62,334 nucleotides of DNA, filler included, from Choristocarpus tenellus KU-1152 (GCA_964200185.2; 10 parts of 10 records of this genome joined end to end with filler, not necessarily neighbours in it); one strand, 5' to 3'. Shown: positions 1-13,638, counted from the whole stretch's first letter. Numbers and translations: made by a program. Notes: generated by a model not told the origin, from the sequence alone.

Positions 1-341
1 CTCAAACCGTTCCCCCTCCCCCTCCCCCTCCCACTCACCGAAAGGAAAATAGGCCCCACAATAGTAGCATATCCCCAATCCCCCTCCCCTGAGTCATCTG
101 CAGGCACAAACACAGACGAACAAAGGGTGAAGAGACCCCACCATAGAAGTAGCTCCCCAAAGTAGTTGGGGTGTCGAGACCATCCCCAGAGTCCTGCATC
201 ACAAAAGCTCCCCTTGTTTTCCATCTAATACCGAGCAGCAATGGCAGAGAGATTGAACATACAGAGATTGACAGGGGGAAGGATGGAGGGGAACCTCTCC
301 TACTTAAAGCAGTATCCCAAAAAATACTTGACACTCCCAAT

Positions 342-518
342 GGGTCAAAGTATCTGGGGGGGGTGGCGGCTGTCCATTTGGAGCTAAATTTTTTATGTCG
401 CGATTTTCGGGTGATTTGGTTCCATACGTTGGATGGATAATGAAAGCGCACTTTTCCTGGTGTCGGTACAAATGGACACTTTAGTGAAGATCGCCCCCCC
501 CCCCCAGATACTTTGGGT
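342..518 (+). mobile_element. MITE family A (Sola2-like), complete intronic copy
   Basis: TIRs CAAAGTATCTGGGGGGG...CCCCCCCAGATACTTTG; CAAT on both sides is a candidate 4-bp TSD. Related ends at 4396, 9899-9938, 17762, 37365, 50316 and 52480. Confidence 0.8.
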
Positions 519-621
519 CAATTGCTGTGACAATTACTCACCTACAAGCCCAGCACATCAGCATCGTTTTCATTGTCTCCACCCCTAAATCCTCCTGATG
601 CTCCTCCTTTTTCTCTCTCAC

Positions 622-3185
622 CTTGAAGTTGAACTTTTGCTGATCGGCGACAGCCTCACAGAGCAGGCCAATGACAAACATCAACAGACCCACAACATCC
701 CTGGCGTCGAGAGAAGGGTTCACGCTCGTGGAGTTCAGGAAGGTCACAGGCAAGCTCACTGTCCAGACCCAAATCATCTGAGTGTCGACATGGTTGGAGT
801 TGGCGCATATTAATAATATTGTTATTAACTATGAATATCTATTCGGAGTTAAGGTCAGGGTTAGGGCTGCTAGAGGTACACAGAAAAACAGTTAGGGCAA
901 TATGCGGACTTGCATAAGTGGAGGATGTACTAGTGCAATGGCATAAATGTGAACTTTGTGCCATATGGGGTAAGGGGTGCACTGTTCTAGGCCCTACAAT
1001 GATCATCTGTGGTGTGATTGTTAGGACACTTGTTGATGCATGGCAAGCAGTATACATCAAACATACAAGGGAAGATTGTGAAGAGGATTGCTACTGTTGT
1101 GATACTTCATTTCCTATTTGGCTTCTAGTGAAGTAATAGAATTGTGAGCTAGTGCTCAACTTAACTCTGTAAACCTTACGCTATTAACAATGTACTCAGA
1201 CATTCACAGACCACAAGAGAGGCGTGCTATGACAGCATACATCATACCCCCCTCCTCCCCCTGATAAAGACACACACAGCCATGTTACAAACTCGAACAA
1301 AGTCCCAGCATGAACACCCACCAAACCACCACCTGCTAGACCTCCTTCGAGCACAATCAACACTCATATGCCCTGTAGCACACAGGCAAGCATGCACTGA
1401 TACTGACATGCATAGGATAAAGGTCATTCCACTTGTTGGTCCTCCCCCCCAGGGATGTTTCCATCTTTCCACAATTTCGAAAATGTGCCTATGCATCATA
1501 AAGAAGGCGTCTATATTCACAGCAGTGCATATTAACAAGCCTCTATTCTTACAGTTGGTACAACTAGTATATAAATATGTGTGTGTGTGCCATATCACCT
1601 GAAAGATCCAGAAGCCAAGGAACTTGAGAAAATTCTCCCTGGTCTCGTCAAACCGGTCATCCTTTCCAATTTTGATAATTCGGTAAAGGAGGAACCCCGC
1701 AAGGCGCACCCCCCACACCACGACAGCTACAGTTGCAACCACCTGGCGCAAATGGTAGTCCCCTCCCAACACAAGGGTGAGGATGGCTAAAACCACGAAG
1801 TTGCTCCCGCCTGCAAAATCTGTCACCTGCCAAGTTAGATGGGGCCATGCAAGAGATAAGTGGAAGGGGAAGGGATTGAAGGGGTGAGGATAGAAACTGA
1901 GAAGAGCCGTGGTTTGGGTGTTTTAGGGAGGTTTATCATAAAATAGGGGAGTACTGCACCAAGTACAAATAAGGACCATCAGGATTATTTGGTAAGGAAT
2001 GCACTGCCTGTTAGGATGAGAAAAATCGCAATGGAAAAATGGGTACAGATCCCATCAAAAAGGAAACTCTCAGATTGAGACTCTTGTTGCTGCTGTCACT
2101 AGGAGGAAAATTATGATCAGGTTCAAAAGTGACAAGAAAAACACCCCACCTTGCAACCTCCCCCCCTCTGCAAAGAAACCAAACCCCTACAGTAGTACTT
2201 TGACGATGGCTATTCTTATTGCCGAGTATAAATATGACAGCAACAATAGTTCCCACTCTAGCAGTGTGAGGCTCAGACTAGCACTCTACCAACAATACCT
2301 TTTCCCCATATCCCTTTAGCTGAACGGGAAAAATACGATGGCTATTCTTATTGCCGAGTATAAATATGACAGCAACAATAGTTCCCACTCTAGCAGCGTG
2401 AGGCTCAGACTAGCACTCTACCAACAATACCTTTTCCCCATATCCCTTTAACTGAACGGGAAAAACGTGCAATTACTCAACTGGATGCACCTCGCCACAC
2501 AGAGGGTGGAATTTGATCGGCAAACTAAGTTGGCATTACAACGAGAGGGACTCTAGGACCAACGGTGAAATCAAGTGTCTCAAGGGCGAACATGATTTGG
2601 TAGCTGAAACTATCGTACTCAATAAGGCAAAGGAAAAGAAGCTGAACTGGGGCCTTCTAGAAAAAAGATAAATTACCTCATCTGCGCCTTGGCTGTGGAG
2701 TATTCTGACCTCGTGTTACAGGGTATTCAACTTCAACAGCAGATCAACATCGGGGTCCACTAATGCCAACGATATCGATTGTGCATTCTGGGGTGAAGCC
2801 TACAGGCCTACAAGCCTAAAGAAAGGATCAGCACACATGCAATCATTTTTACTTGAATTTTTTTAGTGGCTAGTGCATAGCATTGCCTCGATCAATTCAC
2901 CATCACTCCACTTCTTGCCAGGTCTCCATACACGCCCTATTGTTGTACTTGAACCTCTGACATTAGAGGCTGGCTTGCCTCAACGAAAGAAAGGGTGTAG
3001 ATCATTCTAGAACCTCGTCTTTCTATAGTTGAGCACGCCTGACCTTGAATGCTTCGATTCAAATTTGGGCACACCTTGTCGAACTTGAAAGTGGCAGCGA
3101 CAGCAAAGAAGGTTAGCTGCATCACCACCGTCACGACCAGAGTGATGATCAGGAAGTGATCGTCATCTGAGAAGGGGGAACCCAT
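622..3185 (-). CDS. DUF1295 / 3-oxo-5-alpha-steroid 4-dehydrogenase-like membrane protein, first three exons (3185-3075, 1826-1599, 777-622); 3' part runs off the contig
   Basis: Phase-0 GT-AG junctions join MGSPFSDDDHFLIITLVVTVVMQLTFFAVAATFKFDK | VTDFAGGSNFVVLA...WGVRLAGFLLYRIIKIGKDDRFDETRENFLKFLGFWIFQ | MIWVWTVSLPV...EAVADQQKFNFK. The DKVTDFAG, WGxRL, D.RFD, FW.FQ and E..AD.QK motifs are typical of DUF1295. Confidence 0.92.
1990..2820 (+). mobile_element. degenerate copia-type gag remnant in intron 1
   Basis: Interrupted frame containing KINYLICALAVEYSDLV, resembling the copia gag (UBN2-type) motif. Confidence 0.4.
2203..2465. repeat. 132-bp tandem duplication
   Basis: Copies start at 2203 and 2335 and differ by about 2 substitutions. 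Confidence 0.95.
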
Positions 3186-3879
3186 CGAAATTGTGCAGGG
3201 AAATCAAATTTGTTGAGGTTCAGATCCAACAAGTTGGCTAGTACACTCACTCCCCTCCCCCTTTACGTTGATTCTGTTACTTCAATCAATTGTATCACCA
3301 ACAACATCGCCTATATATAGATGAGTCATCTTCGACGGAGAAATTATATGCACTATATTTTCCACCTTGTCATAAAATGGGAAAATACTATCTATTTAAG
3401 TCATTACTATACCAAAAATTATATTACACATTTTGTCACATAGTATTAGTAAGATAGATCTATTTGTAAGGAGAGATCGACGAAATATCGAAACATCACG
3501 TTGCGAATCGTACGTAGTTGTACGGACCGATTCGACTAGTTACCATGATCAGTTCAATCGGAAATGTTGGGATGGATTCTTGCCATACGTTTTTCTTCTT
3601 CTGTACGTATGAGAGGGAGATAATCGATTGGGAAACAATTAACCATATAAATATGCATATTATTGACCTCCAGCATTTTGTAGAGGTGCAAAAAAAGGCA
3701 AACCAGTATCACAAGGACCCCTGTAAGATAACAGTTGTCGTACATGCGAACCACGCAAAAACCATGAACACCTTGAGGGATGCATCAAGTATGAGTGTGC
3801 CCAGGTACTCTGAAAACCGTTAGGGTGGGGTCCTGCATGAGTATGACGTTGCCTCATGTGCCAGATGCGGCCTTTAGAG

Positions 3880-4395
3880 TGTGAAGGATAATGGCCAGCA
3901 AAGACGATGTGAGGCAGACTGTAAAAGATCAATTGTGAACTGGAGTCACTTGCTGATGGAAGACCATCATAGTACGACCCATCGCTGCATAGGTGGGTTT
4001 ATGGCTGGTGTAGCCTCCAATGGGGCAGGGATGATGTATGCCATGAAATCAGCACAGGCACTGTTGAGGCCTATTTCAAGTCCAGTCAGTGCAGGATATA
4101 CTTGGAAGAGATGTGCAAGGATGTCAAAGATCAAACTCGATATAATCATGTAGGATGTTCCAACTCGTTGGTGGTTCACCTATTCGATGGTGAACCCTTC
4201 CTCTTCCTCAATTTTGGTATCGTTCTTCACAAGAACATTCATGGTCACCCACCAAACATGTCGACATTCAAGAGGGAGGAGAATAATTGGAATATGAAGG
4301 TAACACAGAAATTGAAAGTAATTGTAAGGAGAATGAAGTGAAGAATCACCTGTCAATCTTTTCACAGATATTATGCAATAAACATCTTTCGATGG
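3880..4395 (+). mobile_element. hAT transposase pseudogene fragment
   Basis: Reads ...KIKLDIIM*DVPTRWWFTYSM..., matching the hAT DVxTRWNSTYxM motif; the frame has stops. Confidence 0.7.
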
Positions 4396-4558
4396 ACTCA
4401 AAATATCTGGGGGGGGGGATGTGGTCTACACCAGGGTGTCTGTTCAGGTCCTGACCAGGAGAAGTGCACTTATATTATCCATCCGACGCATGCAACCAAA
4501 TCATCCAAAAATCACTACATGGAAAATGGGCCCTGAATGGGCAGCCGCCACCTCCCCC
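4396..4558 (-). mobile_element. MITE family A, degenerate copy
   Basis: Reverse-complement similarity to 342-518, including the TIR and the CAGCCGCCACC motif. Confidence 0.7.
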
Positions 4559-4581
4559 TATGCAATACACTCTATTTAGTC

Positions 4582-4693
4582 TGAAAGTATCTTAGAGGGT
4601 ACGATTTTTGCCCTGTTTGTCCGTTTGGGGCTTGGATTCCCCACGTTTTTTTTAAATGGCATTTTATCTACTCCAAAATGTTTCGGAGTAGGT
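4582..4693 (+). mobile_element. MITE family B, truncated copy
   Basis: TGAAAGTATCTTAGAGGGTACGA..TTTGCCCTGTTTGTCC matches the start of 30741-30999. Confidence 0.8.
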
Positions 4694-4938
4694 CGATCAT
4701 CAAAATTGAGGATGGAGCTTTTTATTGAGGATTAGTGAGACGCGGATTGGTGTGCGGAAAGTGCACATATGTTTTTTTTTATGTTGCGGCACTTTTGGAA
4801 GGCCCCGCTACGAATTGGAATCCATCCCGACAAAGGTGGTAGTAGGACAGTGTGTGGGGGGTGGCAACGATTTCATTTGATCGTCGTGTACATGTGTGCC
4901 CTGCGTTGGCTTGCTTGCCTGAATAATTAGAGCGGTCG

Positions 4939-5038
4939 NNNNNNNNNNNNNNNNNNNNNNNNNNNNNNNNNNNNNNNNNNNNTTAATTAATTAANNNNNN
5001 NNNNNNNNNNNNNNNNNNNNNNNNNNNNNNNNNNNNNN
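4939..5038. other. artificial contig linker
   Basis: 100 nt of N with central TTAATTAATTAA (stops in all six frames). Confidence 0.99.
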
Positions 5039-7053
5039 GGGTGACAGAGGGGGTGACAGAGGACCCGGGGTAGGCTTGTTGGATTTGTGATGTTAGGGTT
5101 AGGGTTAAAGGAGGACTTTGTAGTCGGGGAGGCAACCGGCAATGATCGTGTTTTTGTTTTTGTGGGTGGGGGTGGGGGTGGATTTGGTTGGTGGGTCTCG
5201 GGTATTTTTTGTTTTAAGATTAGAAAAGAGAAGGGGGGGGGGGGGGGTGGGTTTTTTTTTTCTTCCCCCCTGGCATTTTTTGGTTTTTTTTTTTTTTTTT
5301 TTTGTTTTTGTCAATGTGGGAGGGTGGGGGGGGGGGGGGGGGGGGGGGGGTCAGTGTCTTTTTGACTCAGCCCTCTGCATCATTGGATGTATCTTATATT
5401 GTCATTCGATTTGTGCAATGTGTGAGATGCTATCTTTAGTGTGAATGGTATAATACCATAGCGTGTGATGATTTGTGAGGATTGGGAAAGCCTCCATGAC
5501 AGGTGTAGCACCAGACGGAAAAATCAATAGTAAAGTAGTAGGTAATGAGGGAGGGGCGACGGATGATCAATGATACCTTTTCCATTGCTTTTTTTATTAG
5601 AATGAGGTTACTCGATTGGTTGATGAGCTGCACAAGAGCAGGCTGTTGGGAAGGCTTTGTCCAGGTTGAGATATACACGCCTTGTTTTGGTGGCGAAAAC
5701 CTCGTACTCTTGGTTGACCTTTTCTGTCCTGTTGTGTCACTTTTCTGACGCCTTGTGCCGCTCTGCTGTTGCACCTTGTTTTTTTTTTGTCATCCATACC
5801 TTCTGTATGGCGATTGGTTGTATTGTACGTTGAAATATTTGATAGGTCTAGGGGATTTGTTAGTTTTGATATTTTGACAATGATAGGTGGTGTCTTGTTG
5901 CTTGTATTCTGTCACTAATTAAGCATGTTGGAAACAAAGAGGTGACTGACTACATACGATTTGACTGACTATTATTATGTATTACATACGTTGAGCCTAT
6001 TGGGAAGCACCTCGAAAATGGAAGGCGTATTTGTTCATTCATTTTTTTTCTTTTTTGGCTCTTGCGGTGGTTTACTTGGTGCATCCTTTTCAATCAATTC
6101 CAGTGTGAAATGCATCTCTTTGAGGAGTATCGCATCCACCAACAATATTAGTAATAATAATAATAATAACAAAAGAATTGTCTGAAAGGAGGCCTTGACC
6201 GTGTTAATGAGTCAGCTGCATTGGTGTGTATATATGCATTTATTTTATTTATTTGCCTTGATCTGATTGGACTGTCTTGGCCGCTGCTATGGCTCATAGT
6301 GTCTGGGATCTCAAAACTGTCAGGGAAAGGCAGTGAGTCAGTCAAAGGAGAGGGATACACAGAGCTTGAGAAGAGTGCAACGTACAATGAAAAAATAGAA
6401 TAAAAAAATAAAAGAGAAGGAGAAAAAACTACTCTATTAATTGATGAGTATTTGTTGTACCACGACTATCTGTTGTGCTGCCTCTCTGCCTCCTGCCTAG
6501 CTTCCATGCGTTGGGTTCAGGATTATCGCTGCTCATCTCTCTGTTTCATCCCTCAAATCCTGTCCTGGATGGACCCACCTCGATGTCCCCTTTGTGATCT
6601 TGGTACGGCATTTTTACGGTATAGCAACAGAGGATAGTAGAGTGTACAATTATTGATGAATAGCAAAAGTTATGTAGACGGGGTTAAAATACTTAATGGG
6701 CAAAACCTGGGTACCTCTCACTTCGGCTCACAGTCCCCACCAGCTTTCCCAGACACGCACTCCTCATAGAGAGTACATAGCTTGCCCCTTTGAGTCCTGG
6801 TGCTGCTGGAGCAATGTGGCTGATTAGTGGTTGATGATCCCCTCCTCCTCTTTTTCCTCCAGCACACCCCCCATCTATTCCTTTCCTTCTGAAACACCTT
6901 GGATGCATTGAGTACAAATTGGTTGAGCTTCCACTCCCCTTCTTATTGTCTCACCCAGAGCAGACCCCCCGTTACCATGCATAGCATTGCGCCCTATAGT
7001 GCCCCTTCCTGACCATAAAAGGTCGGTAGATTATCACCATAAGACCCACCTCA

Positions 7054-7123
7054 CCGTCTATCTACCTGTAGTGATGTATTTCCATACCGTCTGTCTACCT
7101 GTAGTAATGTATTTCCATACCGC
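7054..7123. repeat. 33-bp tandem repeat (2+ copies)
   Basis: CCGTCTRTCTACCTGTAGTRATGTATTTCCATA repeated. Confidence 0.85.
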
Positions 7124-7424
7124 CCCTCTCTAAAAAAATAAGTCTGCCATCGAAGAGGATCGAAACCACAAATTTGATGCAATAAAAGGAAAAGGGCTCG
7201 GAAGCTGGCTCTATTCTGCCGCCTATTGATATTTACTTCACATTTTGGAGGTTTGTTAGGGAAAACCAAACACCAAAACTATGCTACAAGGTCTACACCA
7301 ATACGAGGGTAGTTGTCGTCAATGCTCAGACGCCTCCCTAAAATATTAACTACCTGAAAACTATACAACCATGTCCCCCCCCTTCAAACTTGTGAACTAC
7401 CAAGTAATGTGTACACTCCTATAT

Positions 7425-8120
7425 ATTATTATTATTACACCCTCTGGCCCTCTGACATTTTGCACATGTGCCAGGAGAAAAGCCAATGAAAACCCATTCA
7501 AATGTCAGAACAATCCCTAAAAAAGTAACAGTTGTCGTAAATGTGAAAGATGTATCATATCATCTATTCACTTTTTTACTATCAGCTATGCTACACCACT
7601 GCACTCCTTTGCCTCCAACCTAGTTTAGTCCTGGACCCCAGGGTGAGGAGCTAGGGAAGCATCTTAGGAATCTAACAAGTCCCTCCTTGCCCATCTCCCT
7701 GGTGACTCCAGCTTAAAATGCATGACACGTCTAGATAGACCTATTTGTGTTGTGACAGACACTGTCGTACACGGGATTTGATAGCCCCTTCCTGCTATAA
7801 CCTCCTGCCCCTCTCCCCCCTACCGCATCCATAACCAACTCATCCAGGAAGCATTCCGCTTGCTTGCTGTGGCACCCAAAACTTTCCACCGCGAAGGTGT
7901 TGAGGTTATAACTATAAGGGTCAAAAGAGCCCTCATAGTGGGCGCGCTTTCGCGCATCAGCTGCGGCAGCAGCTACATCATTGCTGGTGGATGAGTGGGG
8001 GTAGGTGGGATGCTGCTTGCACTCCTGCAAAGGTGACATTTAGAAGGGGGCCTTTGTCCCGGTAGAGAGCTGATCCGGCACCCGCAAGTGCCCCAGCATG
8101 GAAGACCAAATCCATGCGGA
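7425..8120 (-). mobile_element. 5'-truncated non-LTR retrotransposon with restriction-like endonuclease (CRE/R2-type), 3' end
   Basis: Encodes AAAADARKRAHYEGSFDP..FAVESFG..KQAECFLDEL; homologous to 46045-47340 and 57280-57590; ends in a (TAA)n-like tail. Confidence 0.75.
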
Positions 8121-8259
8121 AATACTCCTATCATACTAACCTACTAGTAGCCCTACCAAGGTGGCCGATAATATACTACTACAATAGTACAAAAAAAAAT
8201 AACAGGTTTTTGTCTGTTATTTTACCGTTATTGTTGTATACCATATACCGTCATAGTGT

Positions 8260-9200
8260 TTGAGGTTCCTCATCAAGAATCCTGGATTCCACGGGAGGGT
8301 CCTCAGTGACACGGAGCCCACATGAAATCTTTTTAAGAGATCAGTCCCACACGTGGATTATCTTCCTTCAGATCCCTTTGTGTCACCATCTGTCACTCTG
8401 ATGATCCACTCCCTTCTATCCTCTCTTGACTATGCTCTTCACACGTGCCTTTGTCCAACTTCACCTTGTCCTTTCGGTTATGGTTCGTCTTGGTCCGTCA
8501 ACTGACTTTCTTCAATCTTCCAATCAGATCTATCCAAACTCTCATACAACTGAAAGTAGTGTCGTTGTTGTTCCCATGACAATTCCAAAGAAACGTTCCT
8601 TTATTACCATCAACTATTTCCGAAGATACTTTAAGAGATCTTAAATTATATCAAACCCTTGTCATTCCCCAGGTCTACTGCATCGCCAAGGAGTGGGATC
8701 CAATCTAACCGAGTCAAACATTCTTCTCCTGCCATCTTTCTTGCCCTATCAGCAAATTGATCCTCATATGACAAAATTCCACCGCCTGGCCTCCAAAGGC
8801 TGCTGATATCCAAGGGGAGGGACATAAAGGAGGGGGTCTTCTTATACCTCGACCGCAGTATGAGGACAAAAAAGACCGCTGACTCTCCTGAGGGTCGCCG
8901 TCTTCGCTCTCACACATGCCCCATACCACCCACAACACGAGAACCTCCTTTCTATATAGGAAGCCCATTTTTTCCTCTACAGGTTTGTCTCCCAATCAAA
9001 TAAATACGTACCCTTTGGCCTCTGCAACGTAAGACCGGTCTGCCTCCCATTCTTCTCCTTCTGCCTTGACACTGGAGGTGATACCTACCACGAATATACC
9101 CAAGATGGACGAAACACAACCCCACACCCAAATGAATCAATTGGGTATCACCAGATGTAGCAAGGGGAGAGGGCGGGGTAACTTGCATACAGAAAAATGA
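8260..9200 (-). mobile_element. degenerate LTR retrotransposon 3' region with LTR-like repeat
   Basis: 8450-8530 resembles 47570-47650 and the reverse complement of 36750-36860; the adjacent coding-like sequence is broken. Confidence 0.4.
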
Positions 9201-9265
9201 CATTATAATTGGTGGAGGAAACCAACATGCCTAGACAGTATACCAGTCAGAAAATTGAGAAGAGA

Positions 9266-9522
9266 CACATTATCTTAGAGGGTAGGGACGCGTCCATTTG
9301 AGGGCCAAATCCAATGTTGCAATTTGATGTAATTTTGGTTATTGTGTTTGTTACGAAGTATCAATATCCTTGTTCCGAACAAACCTATTCATAACGTATA
9401 CATGTTACCTAGTCCGAAACATTTTGGAGTAGTAGGAAAATGTCTTAAAAATAACATGGGAAGACACCCACAAATAATGGACAAAAAGGGAAAAAATCTT
9501 ACCCTCTAAGATACTTTCACCC
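9266..9522 (-). mobile_element. MITE family B copy
   Basis: Both TIRs present (TATCTTAGAGGGTAG...TACCCTCTAAGATACTTTCACCC). Confidence 0.85.
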
Positions 9523-9562
9523 AGAACATCAAGAATATAGAATATAGACGATCCAAATTTCA

Positions 9563-9798
9563 GAGTGAAAGTATCTTAGAGGGTACGAGTTTTGCCCTGT
9601 TTGTCCATTTGGGACTTGGCTTCCCACAGGTGTTTTATGAATTTTTCCTACTCCGATATGTTTAAGAGTAAGTAAAATTTGCACGTTATGAAGAGGTGTG
9701 TCCGGAACAAGGATATTGACACTTCCTCAAAAACATGATAGTCAAAATTACATCAAAATCGGAATATTGGAATTTGACCCCGAAATGGACGCGGTTCT
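9563..9798 (+). mobile_element. MITE family B copy, cut by contig end
   Basis: Starts GAGTGAAAGTATCTTAGAGGGTACGAG; collinear with 30741-30999. Confidence 0.88.
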
Positions 9799-9898
9799 NN
9801 NNNNNNNNNNNNNNNNNNNNNNNNNNNNNNNNNNNNNNNNNNTTAATTAATTAANNNNNNNNNNNNNNNNNNNNNNNNNNNNNNNNNNNNNNNNNNNN
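9799..9898. other. artificial contig linker
   Basis: N/TTAATTAATTAA spacer. Confidence 0.99.
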
Positions 9899-9949
9899 CC
9901 AAATGGACAGCCGCCACCCCCTCCCAGATACTTTGAGCCAGATGAGAAA

Positions 9950-12186
9950 TGGTAGAGCCAGTTACGCATTTCTATTTATTTCTAATTTACCTCCACATTT
10001 GGATCAATTATTGTAGGGACCTGGTATTGGATTATCCATTCATCTATCACACTTTTCGTCTTACCCAGTGATTGCGTTCTTTTCTCGTTATCCAAGTGGA
10101 TATTGTAAATCCCACATAATAGCCTAACCCTGTGTCACCCCAATTGCTTCAGTCAATGGAACTGAGACCACAAGCGCCCGGCAACACTGACGCTATATAC
10201 ACACCAAAGCTAGATAATGTCCCATGTCAAAAGCACATCATAGATGAACTCAACGGCAGGTCAAGACTGGGATACTTCAACACACAATAGTGGAATAATT
10301 ATTCCTTGGATACTGCGCTGTCGAGGTATAGTAAGAGTGCAACGTATCCACCAGTACTAATTATATCACCAACCTCCCCACCCTCACTGGAAAGTAGGGA
10401 GATGATTTTTTTTTTCTCAGTTTTGCAATTCACGCCGAGGCCACCCTACCTAATCATAGCTGAGCTTGCGATTCATGCCCCCAACACCATCTGCGGGGGC
10501 TCAATTTGGTCGTGGAGTCAAGGCAGGCATCTGAACCACTAAGTTTGACGTTTAGATCCGCGGCATATCCAGCAAGTTTAATGGAGAGTGCATAAGAAAG
10601 TACTCCAGCACACACAGTAACACCAGGAGATGGGGTGGCAACTACATCAGCACCAAACCCTCCAATCGTGGACTTCAATGAAGAACGAGTGGTCAGATCT
10701 TGGTTGGAGGGAGGGCAAGTAGTATAGCTGGAAGGGGAGAGGAAGGGCCGTGTCATTTGTTTCATGTGTGGCAAAGATGGCCGTATCAATTACAACCACC
10801 CGGACCTGGAAAGGACAATGCATACTAGTGCTGGGCACGAAAATAGGTGAGAACAAAAGTAATACTGTAAGCGCGACAATGTACAGGACCGGGCGAGAGA
10901 GGCAAAGAAGAGCTTCAGGGAGGGGGGTTACGAAGGTAGCGCATCTGGAATCTACAGGAACTCCACCTCAACCATTTGAATCCCAAGAGGTGGAACACAT
11001 TAACTTGAGATGTACAGGACTGGGTTATGAAGAGAGCGAGTTTCCCCTGATAATTCGAGCTAGGGATGGGACAAGAAGAGCTTTAGGCAGGGGCGTTATG
11101 AAGGGAGCACATTTGGCATCTGAATTGGACTCACTCTTCCCCAACTGAACCCTAAGAGGTAAATTGCATCAACTTGTGATTAGAGAGGTGAGAGTGCTTC
11201 ATCTAGACTTATTTCAGTGATGTAGAACATCACACCCATTAACTGTTAGTTGAATTTCTCGTGTTTCTGCATTTTAAAATATTTGATGAACATGTCTTAC
11301 GTATTTTTGTGCACACCACAGAAGTCATGCAACAGGTGCAATATAGTGTGTAGACTGGCTATATTTAGAGGAGCTGTTGAAGCCAGGGAGTGTTTATAAT
11401 TTGGTAGGACACCTGGTTGAGAGGAAGCAAAAAAGTTCTGATCTATTCCCACGATTCACTCTAGGTGTTACGGTAGGGAAATTTCTTAGGACTAGAAGAG
11501 GCACAACTGACAGCCTCATCATTATTCTGCATTCCAGTGATTTGTAGTGATGTACTAGGGAGATTTTGTTGATTGTAGGAGAACCAACGTGGCACTGCCA
11601 AAGACCTACAGGAGAAAGGATCCAAGATCGTTGCCACAGATACCACAATAGGAAAGTACAAGAATGACTGATTCTAAGGATTCACACAGATCCAAAACAA
11701 ACATGATGTAGGGATATTAGCACATTGTTTGAGAGTGTTGCAAGAAGAGGTCTTCTTGTTCTTGGATAAAGAGGATTTTGGTGTGTATAGCATCTGCGCA
11801 GCAAGGGAGTGTTGTTGGATAGTGCTGCTGAAGTACCACAGATGCCAGTGGCAGAGTAGATAAGGAATGGTAGAGCCAGTTGCGTGCTTCTATTTATTTC
11901 CAGTATAGCTCTACATTTGAATCAATTACGGAAGTTAATTGTATTGGATTCTCCATGCTTCTATCACATGTTTATTGTGACCCAGTGATAGAAATCTTTC
12001 CTGGTTATCCATGGGACGTTGCAGATCCGATATGGTAGGTTACCTTGTCTCATCCTATCTCCTTTAGTCGATGGAATTGAGACCACAAGCCCCATGTCAC
12101 ACAATACTACAAATTAACACCAAGTCAGATATTGTCCTCGCACATCATAGATAGCTTAACTGCAGGTACAGAGTGGGATACTTCAA
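9950..12186 (+). mobile_element. old copia-like LTR element: ~330-bp direct repeats (9950-10282, 11868-12186) flanking a gag remnant
   Basis: Diverged direct repeats begin TGGTAGAGCCAG and end GGGATACTTCAA(CA). An internal KGRVICFMCGKDGRI zinc-knuckle remnant near 10745 is homologous to the one in 23469-24161. Confidence 0.6.
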
Positions 12187-12199
12187 GAGGATCCTGTTT

Positions 12200-12800
12200 T
12201 GCTATTTCAAGATAAGGCGTCAACGCCAGGAACTAAACAACCGATAAACTATTTCAACTTCATGTACCCCTGGGATCAGATTGATGAGATGGTGGCATCA
12301 ATGAACATCACCTTGAGAAACAGTAGGCATCCTGCAAGTGCCTTGACATGTAGTGCACGTTTGGTGCTCTGCTTGCCAAGAAAGTTCATCAAGAGTGTGA
12401 ATGGGTTGGGTTGGAATGTGGGGGAGTCTGGGTTGGGATTTCACCAGGAGTATTGAATATTTGATGCTCACATGGCAAGGCAACAGTGGGACCAAGAGTA
12501 ACAGCTGGAGCAGGAGAGAGATCCCTAACCCTGGACATCAAGACAACTATTTTGCAATATTTAGGAGACCATAAATACCAATGTACAACTGCGTCTAAGG
12601 GTGCTTCCAGTCAGGGTGGGAGCAAGAAGTGGGGATTGCTGAAATGCCCTGAGTGTGGGAGTAACACTCACATCACTACTGTAGTCCATGGTGTACGCTC
12701 TAATTGGGCAGTGCATAGCAAAGCACCGTGCAGGTTGATGTATGTAAGATGTCTAATGATACATGTTTGAGTGGATCTCAAAAAGAGCATGACTTGGGGT
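12200..12800 (+). mobile_element. piggyBac-like transposase remnant, internally deleted
   Basis: YFNFMYPWDQIDEMVASMN resembles the piggyBac F..F.P..LI..IV..TN motif; a Cys-rich segment KCPECG...YCSPWC follows. Confidence 0.5.
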
Positions 12801-13638
12801 TGCTTGGGCATTGATTTCCGCTCAGCTTCATGCCAACCTGATGTGCAGTTTTTGGGGTGATTTTCGTGTCTTATCACTCAATTGCTGGAACAGTACGTGG
12901 CAGTGCATAGTAGACCAAAATAATTTCTATATTTCAAAGATATCTTTTGGGTCATGAGGGGTTGCCTCAGTCAGAACTGTAGGAAGATCACAACCTGAAA
13001 TTGGGTTTCCATACTGTTTTGAGCGTGGGGTTTAAACTTTCGCTGTGACACCTTAGGACGGTGTGGACAAGGCAGTGAAACGTGATGAATATTATACCAG
13101 TCTGTATCCATCTTAGTGGATGGAAGATGTCCTTTGGGATGTATTATAGTGTGTCTGTGAGAAGGCAATGAATGGACTAGGGTGAGGAGGCGTGGGCACG
13201 GATTTCTGGAACTCCCATATCGTGCACTTTTCGAGTAACGTGCGATATCATCCAGGACTACACAATTTACACAGAATGAATTTGTAGCTGTCGTGTAAGT
13301 CAGCGCTGTCTACATTGTTAAGTCAAAACAGAATAAAGCAATATATTGCAGTAACTTCACAAAAGTATAATGCCATGCCACTGGTACCTGGAATCATCCA
13401 CGTTTGACATTTCAGGTATTGAGGAGCACAGCTACAATATCTCTTGGGTTGGGGTTAGGGATAAGGAGTATATTTATTCAGTTCATCCTTCCCTCCCCCT
13501 TGAAGTGACTGTCCTCACCACTTACGCTATCATAGCCATGCACGACTGTAACCCCTTGTGTGTGGAAGTAGTGGGTCAGCATAGGGTCAAATAATGTGCC
13601 ATGAGACAACTGCCAGTCCAATGATTGACTGTGGCTGA

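Noticed and set aside
5093-5107. TTAGGG telomeric repeats
   Set aside because: Only ~2 units; too short to call a telomere.
5087-5444. ORFs at the start of contig 2
   Set aside because: Homopolymer G/T runs; low-complexity, probably low-quality sequence.
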